NCBI GenBank assembly: GCA_963762145.1
Contig: CAVXJS010000021.1
Location: 1,088,001-1,152,000, forward strand
Reading direction: 5' to 3'
DNA length: 64,000 nt
Source: an uncultured Candidatus Rokubacteria bacterium
GTDB taxonomy: Bacteria > Methylomirabilota > Methylomirabilia > Rokubacteriales > CSP1-6
Positions 10,699 to 19,930 of the stretch are shown piece after piece. Made by a program: the position numbers and the translations under genes. Positions within the stretch are counted from its first letter, which is position 1. Every line of letters begins with the position of its first letter. The notes below the pieces were generated by a model. That model was not told the DNA's origin. It saw only the letters and a list, made by a program, of their open reading frames with translations, and made no database searches.

Positions 10699-10979
10699 GG
10701 CCTTCCTCCTTTCCGCCTCCCAAAGCATTTCCCGTGCAAGCGCTCAATAATGCGCAGGAATGCGCAGGGGGGCGCCATGCCACAAACGCCGGATGCCAGG
10801 CCGTAAGGTTTACCGGGAAAGAGTAGCAGCGCCAGTAACTCGTGGGCACCGCGCGCGACGATCGAGACCGAGCGGCTTCTACACCTCCCTGATATCGGGC
10901 GAGTATGCCGTCCAGGGTCAGGCAGCGCACATCTGCACGCGGTATGCAGAGACAGAGCCTGGTGGGAGGTGTCACGACG

Positions 10980-12656
10980 ATGGGGCTTTCGATTCGCCGC
11001 CGTTGGCTCTGGGTGTTCGGGACGCTCGCGATGCTCGGACTACTGTCTTGTTCTATGGTGTGGCCCGATCGTTGGACGAGCCGGTCCGCCGTTACATGGA
11101 AACGGAAGCCAATCGGCGTCTGACCGGGTACACGGTGCGGATTCCAATGCTGCGGGTCCATCTGTGGAACGCCTCCATTGAGGTCCGCGATGCGAGCCTA
11201 GTGCAGGACGAGAACCCCGATCCGCCTCTGGTCCATATTGAACGCTTCGTGACAGCCGTCGATTGGCGCGCCCTGCTCCACCGACGCGTCGTGGCAGATC
11301 TGACATTTGATCGCCCCACGGCGTTTCTCAATCTCCGTCAGGTTCGTACCGAAGCCGCTAGCGACGTGCCACTCAAGGAGCGTGGGTGGCAACACGCGCT
11401 GGAAGCGCTGGCGTTGGACCTCAAGATCAATCGGCTGCGCATCATAGACGGTGATGTCACCTATGTCGATCAGGGGCCCTTCAAGCCGCTCCACGTCAGT
11501 CACCTCAATCTCAACGCCGAGAACATCCGCAACATCGCGTCGCAGGAGCAAGTGTATCCGTCACCGATCCATCTCGAAGCGGTGGTGTTCGACGCGGGTT
11601 CGGTTTGGCTCGACGGCCGCGCTGACTTCCTCGCCGAGCCACATGTGGGGGTACAGGCCGCGCTCCGGCTGGACCAGGTCGCCCTCGACTACTTCAAGCC
11701 GATCACCAATCGCTACAACTTGGCCGTCCGTAACGGCAGCCTGTCACTCGTCGGGAACATCGAGTACGCGCCGAAGACCACGCGGTTGATCCTCGAACGC
11801 GTGCTCGTGCATGGGGTCGCCTTGGAGTACCTGCACCTGCCCCATACGGCCGAAGTGGAGAAGGCCCGGGCGCAACAGACCGCGGACGCTGCGAAGCAGG
11901 CTACGAGGACGAGCACCGAGTTCCGCATCGAACGCCTCGAAGTGATCAAGAGCACCTTCGGGTTCGTGAACCGGGCCGCGAGGCCAGCCTACCGGCTGCA
12001 GATGACCGATACCAACCTCACGATCGAGCATCTCGGCAACCAGCGGCGGGACGGTCCGGCAGTCGCGAGACTCACCGGCCAGCTCATGGGTCGCGGAGCG
12101 ACCGACCTCACGGTGACCCTGCAGCCGCAGGCGGGGAGTGCCGATATGGATGTCACGGCACAGATCGAAGGCGCCGACCTGGTCCGATTGAAGGACCTCG
12201 TCCGGGCCTACGGCGGGTTCGAGATCACCGCGGGCGAGTTCTCTGTCGTACTCGGAGCTGCGAATGAAGGGCGGCGCCATCGACGGATACGTCAAACCGC
12301 TGTTCCGGGGTGTCAAGGTGGGCACCGACGACGAGGCGGTGGCCGAGAAGGGGTTCCGCCACCGGCTTTACGCGGGCTTGGTTGGGATCGGCGCGAAGGT
12401 CTTGAAGAACCACCTACGGGGCGAGGTCGCGACCGTGGTCCCGATCTCCGGGCGAGTGGATCGTCCGGAGATCGCACGATGGGAGACCGCGGGCCGCCTG
12501 TTGCAGAACGCCTTCGTGAAACCGCTCGCGCCGGGCTACGAACCGACGCGGAGTTCGAGACGTGAACTGCCGGCCGCCACCCGGGGTTCCGTGGCTCCCG
12601 CCCACCCGGCCCGTGAGCCTGAGCCTGAATCCACTCTGAGGCATGAATCGCCGTGA
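10980..12656 (+). CDS. DUF748 (AsmA-like) domain protein, frameshifted
   Basis: N-terminal TM in one frame, body in 10760..12565 frame, C-terminal IDGYVKPLF...LLQNAFVK in 12264..12656 frame; indels near 11045 and 12250. Confidence 0.7.
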
Positions 12657-12696
12657 GGATGTCCGGGCCCGGTCGCCACGCGAATGCGGTGAACCG

Positions 12697-13653
12697 TTAG
12701 GTGTACAGCTTGAGCCGGCCTCCGATCGCTTTCCACGCCGAGTGGCCACCTTTCATATACTTCGCGTCGAATCCAGCCTCGCGTAGCGTAATCGCCGTCT
12801 TGCATCCCACGTGAAAGCCATAAGCGCAGAACACCACAACCGGGTCCGATTTCGACAGTTCCCCGATCCAATCTTGGACACGCTCCGGATCACGCCAGAC
12901 AGCGCCGTCCATGATGTCCTGCTGCCGGGAAATGTATGACCTCGGACGAGCATCGATGATCTGGACCGGCTCGCCGGAATCCAGCATCGCCTTGACTTCC
13001 TCGACCCCAACACCCGGCAGATCCCCGAACTCCTTCTGGACGAGGGGTCGCGGTGCCTGGACCTGTGAGGCATCCTCGTACCGCGTCTGGGTCGCGTTCC
13101 AGTCGATGTTGCGCTGGAACGTATCGATGTACGCGGTCGCGTTGGCCCCGAAGTCGATATGGTAGGCGTGCTCGTACATATCGAGGGCCAGGATCGGAAT
13201 GCCCCCGGCCATGGCCTGCCCGTGATCGCCCGCATACTGATTGATGAGCCGGCGATCCCGGGGGACATAGACCAGCAGTACCCATCCTGAGCCGCCGGCC
13301 AAGCCCTTCGCCATTGCGACGAACTCACTGCGCCAACGATCCACCGATCCGAAGTCGCGGGTGAACGCTTGAGCGAGTACCTCGGTCGGCCTCCCATCGC
13401 CGAATGCCATGCTGGCGAAATACAGCTCGTGGAGCAATGTCGAGTTGAGCGCGATCAGCTGTTCACGCTTCAGGCTGTTGACCACATAGCCCGGAGTCTT
13501 GTCGAAGTCGAGCGACTCGAGCTGCTCCGTGATCGCGTTCAACGTGCGGAGCGCCCCGCCGTAGTGATTCTCGTAGTGGCTCTCTATGAGCCGCAGCGAG
13601 AGACCATTGAGCAGCCACGGACGAGTGTTGATCGGGGTCAGTTGGTATCGCAT
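12697..13653 (-). CDS. Fe/Mn superoxide dismutase fused to C-terminal rhodanese domain (ChrC+ChrE-like)
   Basis: SHYENHY, LHELYF, GGSGW, LALDMYEHAY; then IIDAR...VVVFCAYGFHVG...GGHSAW. Confidence 0.88.
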   Translation of the reverse strand: MRYQLTPINTRPWLLNGLSLRLIESHYENHYGGALRTLNAITEQLESLDFDKTPGYVVNSLKREQLIALNSTLLHELYFASMAFGDGRPTEVLAQAFTRDFGSVDRWRSEFVAMAKGLAGGSGWVLLVYVPRDRRLINQYAGDHGQAMAGGIPILALDMYEHAYHIDFGANATAYIDTFQRNIDWNATQTRYEDASQVQAPRPLVQKEFGDLPGVGVEEVKAMLDSGEPVQIIDARPRSYISRQQDIMDGAVWRDPERVQDWIGELSKSDPVVVFCAYGFHVGCKTAITLREAGFDAKYMKGGHSAWKAIGGRLKLYT

Positions 13654-13695
13654 GCCCGCTCCTCCAGGTGGAACGTTAAGGGTTGTGGTCCGGTA

Positions 13696-13935
13696 TTACG
13701 TCGACGGCCTGGTGCATGGTGGTGTCCTTGCTCGCTCGGACTCGCAGCGGTTCCGGGCATTGCGCGAGCCAAGAGCCCACGTCGCCAGACGACGAAGGAT
13801 CGTGGTCCGGACGGAGCTCATCCGACGCGCCGTCGAGGCGCGATCGTGAGTCAGAGCTCGGATCCGGGCGACCTCCCGGGCTTCGGTGTGTCGTTCGCGA
13901 ATCTGCTGCTCGACTATGTACCAAGCCTCATCCAT
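13696..13935 (-). CDS. Small hypothetical protein, paralogous to 15081-15342
   Basis: AAGGAG RBS; MDEAWYIVEQQIRERHTEAREVAR. Confidence 0.65.
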   Translation of the reverse strand: MDEAWYIVEQQIRERHTEAREVARIRALTHDRASTARRMSSVRTTILRRLATWALGSRNARNRCESERARTPPCTRPST

Positions 13936-14004
13936 GGTGTCGCTCCTTACGGCTCGTGCAGTTGTCCGGATCAGCAGCCCGAGTCTCGTGTTTATTCTGT
14001 TTCT

Positions 14005-14034
14005 AGTATGAAACTAGTGTTTCACGACAGTCAA
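14005..14034 (-). promoter_or_regulatory. sigma70-type promoter with palindromic operator TGAAAC-TAGT-GTTTCA (14009-14024)
   Basis: Minus strand TTGACT-N18-CATACT with the perfect inverted repeat overlapping spacer and -10. Confidence 0.6.
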
Positions 14035-14090
14035 GCTCGAGATAGTGCGCCGCGGCAAATGGGACCACGGCTGGACTCGAAAAAGAGACC

Positions 14091-14120
14091 TTGACAAGGT
14101 GATGCAACAGTTGTTACATG
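14091..14120 (+). promoter_or_regulatory. chrB promoter with operator TGCAAC-AGTT-GTTACA (14103-14118)
   Basis: TTGACA-N18-TACATG with a near-palindrome of the same TGnAAC-N4-GTTnCA form. Confidence 0.6.
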
Positions 14121-14129
14121 AGGACAACA

Positions 14130-15077
14130 ATGAATACCCAATTCCTCTTGCTCATAGTCAGTCTGCCGCCGAACCCATCCAGCTTGCGCGTGCGCGTATG
14201 GCGCCGGCTCCGGGCCCTGGGCGCCGTCGCGCTGAAGCGCACGGTGTATCTCCTGCCGGACACACCGGACAATTACGAGCAATTCCAGTGGCTTGGCCAG
14301 GAGATCCAGCGGGAGCGGGGCGAGACGATCCTCCTCCGCGTCGACCAGATCGAGAACATGAGCCGGACGGACATCATTCGCCTGTTCCATGAGGCCCGCG
14401 ACCCCGAGTACCGGCAGATCGCCACCCGCTACCGGAAGGTGATCCAGGCTCTCGAGCGGAAGTCCGCCGCCGCGAGCGCTCGGGTTGACCGGGACCTGAC
14501 CCAGCTCACGAAGGACTTCGAGAAGCTTCGGGAGCTCGACTTCTTCGACGCGCCGGGACGCGCCGAAGTCGAGCGACTGAGGGAGGCAATAGACATGCGT
14601 AAGCGCCCGCCCGAAAAGCCGACACGCCCTGACAAGCCCACACTTGACCTTCGTGCCCTCCGGGGACAGCGGTGGGTCACACGTCCCCGTCCCCATGTCG
14701 ACCGCATTGCGTCGGCCTGGCTGATCAAGCGATTCATCGATCCGGAGGCGACGTTCCTCTTCGCTGCCCCCAACGAGTTCCCCTCGGGCGCGATCCCCTT
14801 CGACACCCCGAAGGCAGAGCTCAGCCACGTCGGGGACGACTGCACGTTCGAGACACTCATCAAGCGGGCCGGCCTTCGGGACCGCCGGCTCACGCACCTC
14901 GCCGAGATCGTTCACGAGGCGGACCTTCGCGACGGGAAGTTTCCGCGGGACGAGGCGCGCGGGATCGACCTGGCTCTCCGCGGGTTTCTCGCCGCGTATC
15001 CAGATGACAACGATGTGCTTGCCCACGGCCTCGCCCTCTTCGAAGGGCTCTATGCGGGCGCGAGCCGGAAGGAGTAA
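14130..15077 (+). CDS. chrB: Chromate resistance regulator ChrB
   Basis: RVRVWRRLRALGA, DFF, WVTRPRPHVDRIASAWLIKRFIDPEA.F, FD...H.GD.CTFE; start set at ATG after GAGGAC. Confidence 0.92.
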   Translation: MNTQFLLLIVSLPPNPSSLRVRVWRRLRALGAVALKRTVYLLPDTPDNYEQFQWLGQEIQRERGETILLRVDQIENMSRTDIIRLFHEARDPEYRQIATRYRKVIQALERKSAAASARVDRDLTQLTKDFEKLRELDFFDAPGRAEVERLREAIDMRKRPPEKPTRPDKPTLDLRALRGQRWVTRPRPHVDRIASAWLIKRFIDPEATFLFAAPNEFPSGAIPFDTPKAELSHVGDDCTFETLIKRAGLRDRRLTHLAEIVHEADLRDGKFPRDEARGIDLALRGFLAAYPDDNDVLAHGLALFEGLYAGASRKE

Positions 15078-15080
15078 GGC

Positions 15081-15342
15081 CATGGAAGAGAACTGGTATG
15101 CAGTCCAGCAGCAGGCTCACGATCGAATCACCGAAGCTCGGGCGGTTGCTCGGGCGCACACCCTGATGCGGGAACTCGCTCCCCGGCACCGGGGGCGCTA
15201 TGCGGTCGGCATTGCTCTCATTCGCCTTGGCGGTTGGCTCTTGGCCAGTGGGGCAGCTTTGCCGATCGAGCTCTCACGGGCGCTCGCCACACTCCGTGCG
15301 GGAACCGAACGGTCCATTCGGGTCTCGAAGGAGCTCTCGACC
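15081..15342 (+). CDS. Small hypothetical domain in frame with downstream OCD gene; paralog of 13696-13935
   Basis: AAGGAG RBS; MEENWYAVQQQAHDRITEARAVAR; no stop before the next ATG. Confidence 0.5.
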
Positions 15343-16347
15343 ATGAACGGATCTTCGGACCGACTCATCGTCCTGTCGCGCCGTGACGTGTTCGATCTCC
15401 TGACGCTTCCCGACTGTATCGCCGCGGTGGAGCGCGCGTTCCGCCTCCATGCCGAAGGCCGTACCCTGGGCCCCGGCGTTCTTGGCGTGCCCGCAGCGGA
15501 CGGCGGCTTCCACATCAAGGCGGCCGGCCTCATCGGTGAGCGCAGCTACTTCGCGGCCAAGACCAACGCGAACTTCCCGGACAACCCGCGACGCTTCGGG
15601 CTCCCGACCATCCAGGGCACGATCGTGCTCGCCGATGCGAGCAACGGCGTGCCGCTCGCCATCATCGAATCCGGCAGCGTGACCGCACTTCGCACGGCGG
15701 CCGCCACCGCCGTCGCCGCGAAGTTCCTCGCTCGGCGCGACGCACGGACGGCCACGATCGTCGGTTGCGGCGTACAGGGCGAGCTCCAGCTCGCGGCGAT
15801 TGCCGCCGTCCTGCCCTTGCAGCGCGCGTGGGTCCTCGACGTCCGACCACGCGCGCGCGGAGAGCATGGCCGCGCGCACCGCCGCGAGTCTCGGCCTGCG
15901 GGTGGAGGCCACGAAGGACCTGCCGGCCGCCCTTCGTGACAGTGACGTCTGCGTGACGTGTACGCCCGCTCGTCGCGCGTTCATGATGGCGGCCGACGTG
16001 CCGCCCGGCATGTTCATCGCCGCCGTCGGCGCGGATAGCCAGGGGAAGCAGGAGCTCGAGCCTGCGCTTGCCGCATCCGCGACGCTCGTCGTCGATGTCC
16101 TCGATCAGTGCGCGGAGATCGGCGAGCTGCAACATGTCCTCGCCGCCGGCCTGCTGACGCGCGCGCAGGTCCATGCGGAGCTCGGCGATGTCGTCGCCGG
16201 GCGCACGCCCCGGGCGTACCCGCGAGCGACGAGATCACCATCTTCGACAGCTCGGGGACGGCCCTGCAAGACGTCGCGGCCGCGATCGTGGTCTACGAGA
16301 ATGCTCGCGCGCTCGGGCGCGGCATTGAGGTGAAACTCGATGGCTGA
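15343..16347 (+). CDS. Ornithine cyclodeaminase / mu-crystallin family protein, frameshifted
   Basis: GLPTIQG, TALRTAAATAVAA, IVGCGVQG, IAAVGAD..GKQE, ITIFDSSGTALQD across three frames (indels ~15845, ~16215). Confidence 0.82.
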
Positions 16348-16424
16348 CGTGACGCAAGTTTCGGACAGCAAGATTCCGAGCAACCAAACCTGAACCCACT
16401 ACCTCTAACTGAAAGGACACCTCG

Positions 16425-16847
16425 ATGAAATGGGTGACCCGAGAAAAAGCGCGCGTGGACCGCATCGCCTGTCCCTGGCTGATCGATCGGTTCATTGATC
16501 GCGAACCGGTATTCCTCTTCGTTCCCGCCGGCGAGGTCATGAAGGTCGCCGAGCGGGAGCAGGCCATTCCCTACGACGTTCCCGACGTGGAGCTGGGGCA
16601 TCACGGTGAGCAGTGTTCCTTTGATGCCTTCCTGGACAAGTACAAGCTCGACGACCCGGCCCTCCATGCACTCGCCCTGATCGTGCGAGGAGCAGACACC
16701 GCCCAGCGGCAGCTCACCCCCGAATCAGCCGGGCTTTACGCGCTGGCTACGGGATTTCAGGCCACGAGCAAGGATGACGTCGAGAACATGGCGCGACAGT
16801 TCCCCGCCTACGACGCCTTGTACGCCTACTGCCGCTCGAAACACTAG
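16425..16847 (+). CDS. chrF: ChrF-like protein (ChrB C-terminal domain only)
   Basis: MKWVTRE...DRIACPWLI.RFID, H.GEQCSFDAF, IVRGADT, YDALY. Confidence 0.85.
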   Translation: MKWVTREKARVDRIACPWLIDRFIDREPVFLFVPAGEVMKVAEREQAIPYDVPDVELGHHGEQCSFDAFLDKYKLDDPALHALALIVRGADTAQRQLTPESAGLYALATGFQATSKDDVENMARQFPAYDALYAYCRSKH

Positions 16848-16856
16848 CGCGAGCGT

Positions 16857-17528
16857 ATGCTGATGTCGCGACGTGCGGTTCTCGGGACTATCCTGGGGGG
16901 ACTCGGTGGATACGGGCTCACGCGCGGACGCCCTGCGCTTGCCGCCCCGGAGCTGGCCGTGCCGAGTACCCTCCCAGGGGAGACGCTCGACTTCGACAAG
17001 ACCGCCATAGATGGCTGGACCACGGTCGAGGGCAAGTGGGCGGTCGAGGACATGCCGGGTGCTCCGAATGGAGCGAGAGTCCTGGTACAGCGCGCAGTCA
17101 AGAACCAGTTCAACCTCATTCTCACCCCACTGGGCCCGTACTCGGATATCGACGTCTCGATGAAGTTCAAGCCGATCTCCGGCAAAGAGGACGCCTCGGG
17201 TGGCATCGTGTTCCGCTTCTCAGAAGGCCGGTACTACGTCGTCCGTGCCAATGCGCTCGAGGACAATGTCCGTCTCTACGTCTATGACCGAGGCCGCCGC
17301 CAGATCGCGACCAGCAACGTCAAGGCACCCACATTGGGGCAATGGCACACCCTCCGTGTGGTGGCCGTGGAGGACCGCATGCAGGCGTGGCTCGACGGCC
17401 AGCTGTGCGTGGAGCACCGGGACACTCGCTTGAAGTCCGGCCGCGTCGGGCTGTGGACAAAGGCGGATTCCGTGACCGCGTTCGATGACCTCACGATTCG
17501 TGGGGTCAAGAGGGGAGATTCACCATGA
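16857..17528 (+). CDS. Tat-exported DUF1080/concanavalin-like domain protein
   Basis: SRRAVL Tat signal; GGIVFR...YYVVRANALEDN, GRVGLWTKADSVTAFDD. Confidence 0.7.
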   Translation: MLMSRRAVLGTILGGLGGYGLTRGRPALAAPELAVPSTLPGETLDFDKTAIDGWTTVEGKWAVEDMPGAPNGARVLVQRAVKNQFNLILTPLGPYSDIDVSMKFKPISGKEDASGGIVFRFSEGRYYVVRANALEDNVRLYVYDRGRRQIATSNVKAPTLGQWHTLRVVAVEDRMQAWLDGQLCVEHRDTRLKSGRVGLWTKADSVTAFDDLTIRGVKRGDSP

Positions 17529-18427
17529 GCTTTCACATATCAAAGCATGTGATCAGCATTCTTGTTGCAACCGTCATCATCGCCGCTCCCGGCCTTGCGG
17601 GCGCCGTGGACCCTGACTGGAAGGCGGTGGAACAGGCGCTCGGCAAGTCAGGTCAGTTGCAGGCCGGCGACGTCTTCCGGATCGGCATGCCAAGGACCGA
17701 CTTGGCCGTTACCGTGAAGGGGGTGCCCGTCAAGGCCCCGTTCGCCCTCGGGTCCTACGCCGCGTTCAAGCAGATCGGAAGCCAAGTGATGGTCATGGGC
17801 GACCTCGTGCTTCTCGATCAGGAGGTTCCGCCGGTGATGGCCGGCCTGTTCGCGGGAGGGCTTGAGGTCACGGCGGTTCACAATCACCTGAACGAGATGT
17901 CGCCACACGTCATGTACATGCACTACGAGGGCCATGGGGACGCGGTCCAGCTGGCCACGGCGCTTCGGCAGGCCCTGTCTGCCAGTGGGACACCCTCCGG
18001 CGTCAGCGCCCCGTCTGCCCCGGCCACCGTGGCGGGCCTTGACCCGAAGCCAATCGAGCAGGCGCTCGGGCGCGCGGGCCGAGACATCGGGGGCGGCGTG
18101 TTCCAGGTCACGGTCCCGCGCGTGGAAGCCATCACGGAGATCGGGCACCCGCTGCTCCCCGCCATGGGCGTGACCACGGTTCTGAATTTCCAGCCCACCG
18201 CGGATGGAAAGGCGGCGATTACCGGGGACTTCGTGCTGATCGACAAGGAAGTGAACCCGGTGGCGCAGACCCTGCTCCAGAACGGGATCGACGTGACGGC
18301 GATCCACAACCACGGCCTGATGGACATGCCCCGTCTTTTCTACATGCATTTCTGGGCGACTGATGATCCGGCGAAGCTTGCCCGGGGACTCAAGGCGGCC
18401 CTCGACAAGACGAACAGCCAGAAGTAG
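17525..18427 (+). CDS. DUF1259 (LppY/LpqO) protein
   Basis: Two repeats: MGDLVLL..EV...TAVHNHL...YMHY and TGDFVL...EV...TAIHNH...FYMHFW. Confidence 0.88.
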   Translation: MSFHISKHVISILVATVIIAAPGLAGAVDPDWKAVEQALGKSGQLQAGDVFRIGMPRTDLAVTVKGVPVKAPFALGSYAAFKQIGSQVMVMGDLVLLDQEVPPVMAGLFAGGLEVTAVHNHLNEMSPHVMYMHYEGHGDAVQLATALRQALSASGTPSGVSAPSAPATVAGLDPKPIEQALGRAGRDIGGGVFQVTVPRVEAITEIGHPLLPAMGVTTVLNFQPTADGKAAITGDFVLIDKEVNPVAQTLLQNGIDVTAIHNHGLMDMPRLFYMHFWATDDPAKLARGLKAALDKTNSQK

Positions 18428-18436
18428 GAGGCACAC

Positions 18437-19363
18437 ATGATTCTGGAACCAGTCGGCGAGATCCCCCTCCCCGCCCACCACGGGCCGGGCGGATTCGACC
18501 ACGCCGCGGTGCACCGGTCGCGACGGCAGCTCTACGTCGCGCACACCGCGAACAACACCCTGGACGTCATCGACTGCGAGGCCGGCAAGTATCTGCGTTC
18601 CATCCCGCGCCTCGAAGCGGTCGCCGGAGCGCTGATCTCCGAAGAGCACGACCTGGTGTTCACCTCGAATCGCGGGGAGAACACGGTCGGGATCTTCTCT
18701 GCCGATCACGAGGAGGCCCTGGCCAAAGTCGCGGTAGGCGTGAAACCCAACGGGCTGGCCTACGATCCCGCCCGGAGTCTCTTGCTTGCCGCGAACGTGG
18801 GCGACCCTTCGCTCCCGGGATCCTTCACGGTCTCGGTCGTCGATGTGAGCGCCCGAGCGATGATCGCGGACGTCCCGGTGTCGGGCCGAACCCGGTGGAC
18901 GGTCTTCGATGCGGAGGCCGGCTGCTTCTATGTCAACGTCGCCCACCCGGCCCAGATCGCCGTGATCGAAAGCGCCAATCCCAATCGAGTGGCCCGGACC
19001 TTTCCAGTGGCCGCCGTCGGGCCACACGGGCTGGATCTGGATGCGGCCACCCATCGGCTGTTCTGTGCGTGCGACGGCGCCGCGCTTGTCGTACTCGATT
19101 CCAGGTCGGGCGTCGAGCTCGCGCGGGCTGAGCTCGCCGGCGTCCCAGATGTCATCTTCTTCAACCAGGCCCGGCGGCATCTCTACGTCGCAATCGGCGA
19201 CCCGGGGCTGATCGAAGTGTTCGAGACGGACGGAATGCGCCGTGTCGAGGTGACTCGGACGGAGCTCGGCGCCCATACGCTCGGATTCGACCAGGCGCAC
19301 CATATGATCTACGCATTCCTGCCAGACTCTCATCGGGCGCTTGTCTTGCGCGACCGCGGCTAA
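18437..19363 (+). CDS. YncE/YVTN beta-propeller protein
   Basis: GGFDH, LYVAH, PNGLAYDP, PHGLDLD...RLF..C, GAHT. Confidence 0.8.
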   Translation: MILEPVGEIPLPAHHGPGGFDHAAVHRSRRQLYVAHTANNTLDVIDCEAGKYLRSIPRLEAVAGALISEEHDLVFTSNRGENTVGIFSADHEEALAKVAVGVKPNGLAYDPARSLLLAANVGDPSLPGSFTVSVVDVSARAMIADVPVSGRTRWTVFDAEAGCFYVNVAHPAQIAVIESANPNRVARTFPVAAVGPHGLDLDAATHRLFCACDGAALVVLDSRSGVELARAELAGVPDVIFFNQARRHLYVAIGDPGLIEVFETDGMRRVEVTRTELGAHTLGFDQAHHMIYAFLPDSHRALVLRDRG

Positions 19364-19389
19364 ACCGACCCTGCGAAGGAGGCAGGATA

Positions 19390-19833
19390 GTGAGCAACCT
19401 AACAGTGGGCGACTCTGCAATCGCCGTAGTTCGCCGGAACACCGAGGAAGTACAAGGCAAGGGCAACTGGGACCTGTTTGAGAAACTGTTCGCCGATGAT
19501 TTTGTCGACCACACGCCACCGCCGGGCACGACACCCGACAAGAACGGGGTGCGGGTACTGTACAAGCGCTTGCGTGCCGCGTTCCCCGACCTCCACCCGG
19601 AAATCCACTGGCAGGTGGCCGCCGGCAACCTCGTGACCACCTACAAGACCTATCACGGCACCCACCAGAGCGAGTTTCTAGGTATCCCGGCCACCGGGAA
19701 GAAGGTCAGTTTTTACACCGTCGACGCCATGCGGGTCGTCGACGGTAAGATCACCGAGCACTGGGGCGTCGCGACGTTGCTCGACCTGATGCAACCGCTC
19801 GGAGTCGTCCCTCCGCTGGGGGGTCAGCGATGA
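19390..19833 (+). CDS. SnoaL-like ester cyclase
   Basis: FADDFVDH, AAFPDL, GTHQ.EFLGIPATGK, DGKITEHW. Confidence 0.88.
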   Translation: MSNLTVGDSAIAVVRRNTEEVQGKGNWDLFEKLFADDFVDHTPPPGTTPDKNGVRVLYKRLRAAFPDLHPEIHWQVAAGNLVTTYKTYHGTHQSEFLGIPATGKKVSFYTVDAMRVVDGKITEHWGVATLLDLMQPLGVVPPLGGQR

Positions 19834-19930
19834 CGACACCGCTCAGCCCACCGGGAAATGGGGGGACTCTCAGGCGCGCATCGTCACCGAGCCACGTCAT
19901 CGAAGCGGGTCGAGGTCTGACCCGGCGCCC

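Noticed and set aside
10730-10785. Regulon membership of the PRC-barrel gene (TTGCA plus a GGGG-N8-CCACA-like site)
   Set aside because: No -24 GG at the required distance, so at best a degenerate relic.
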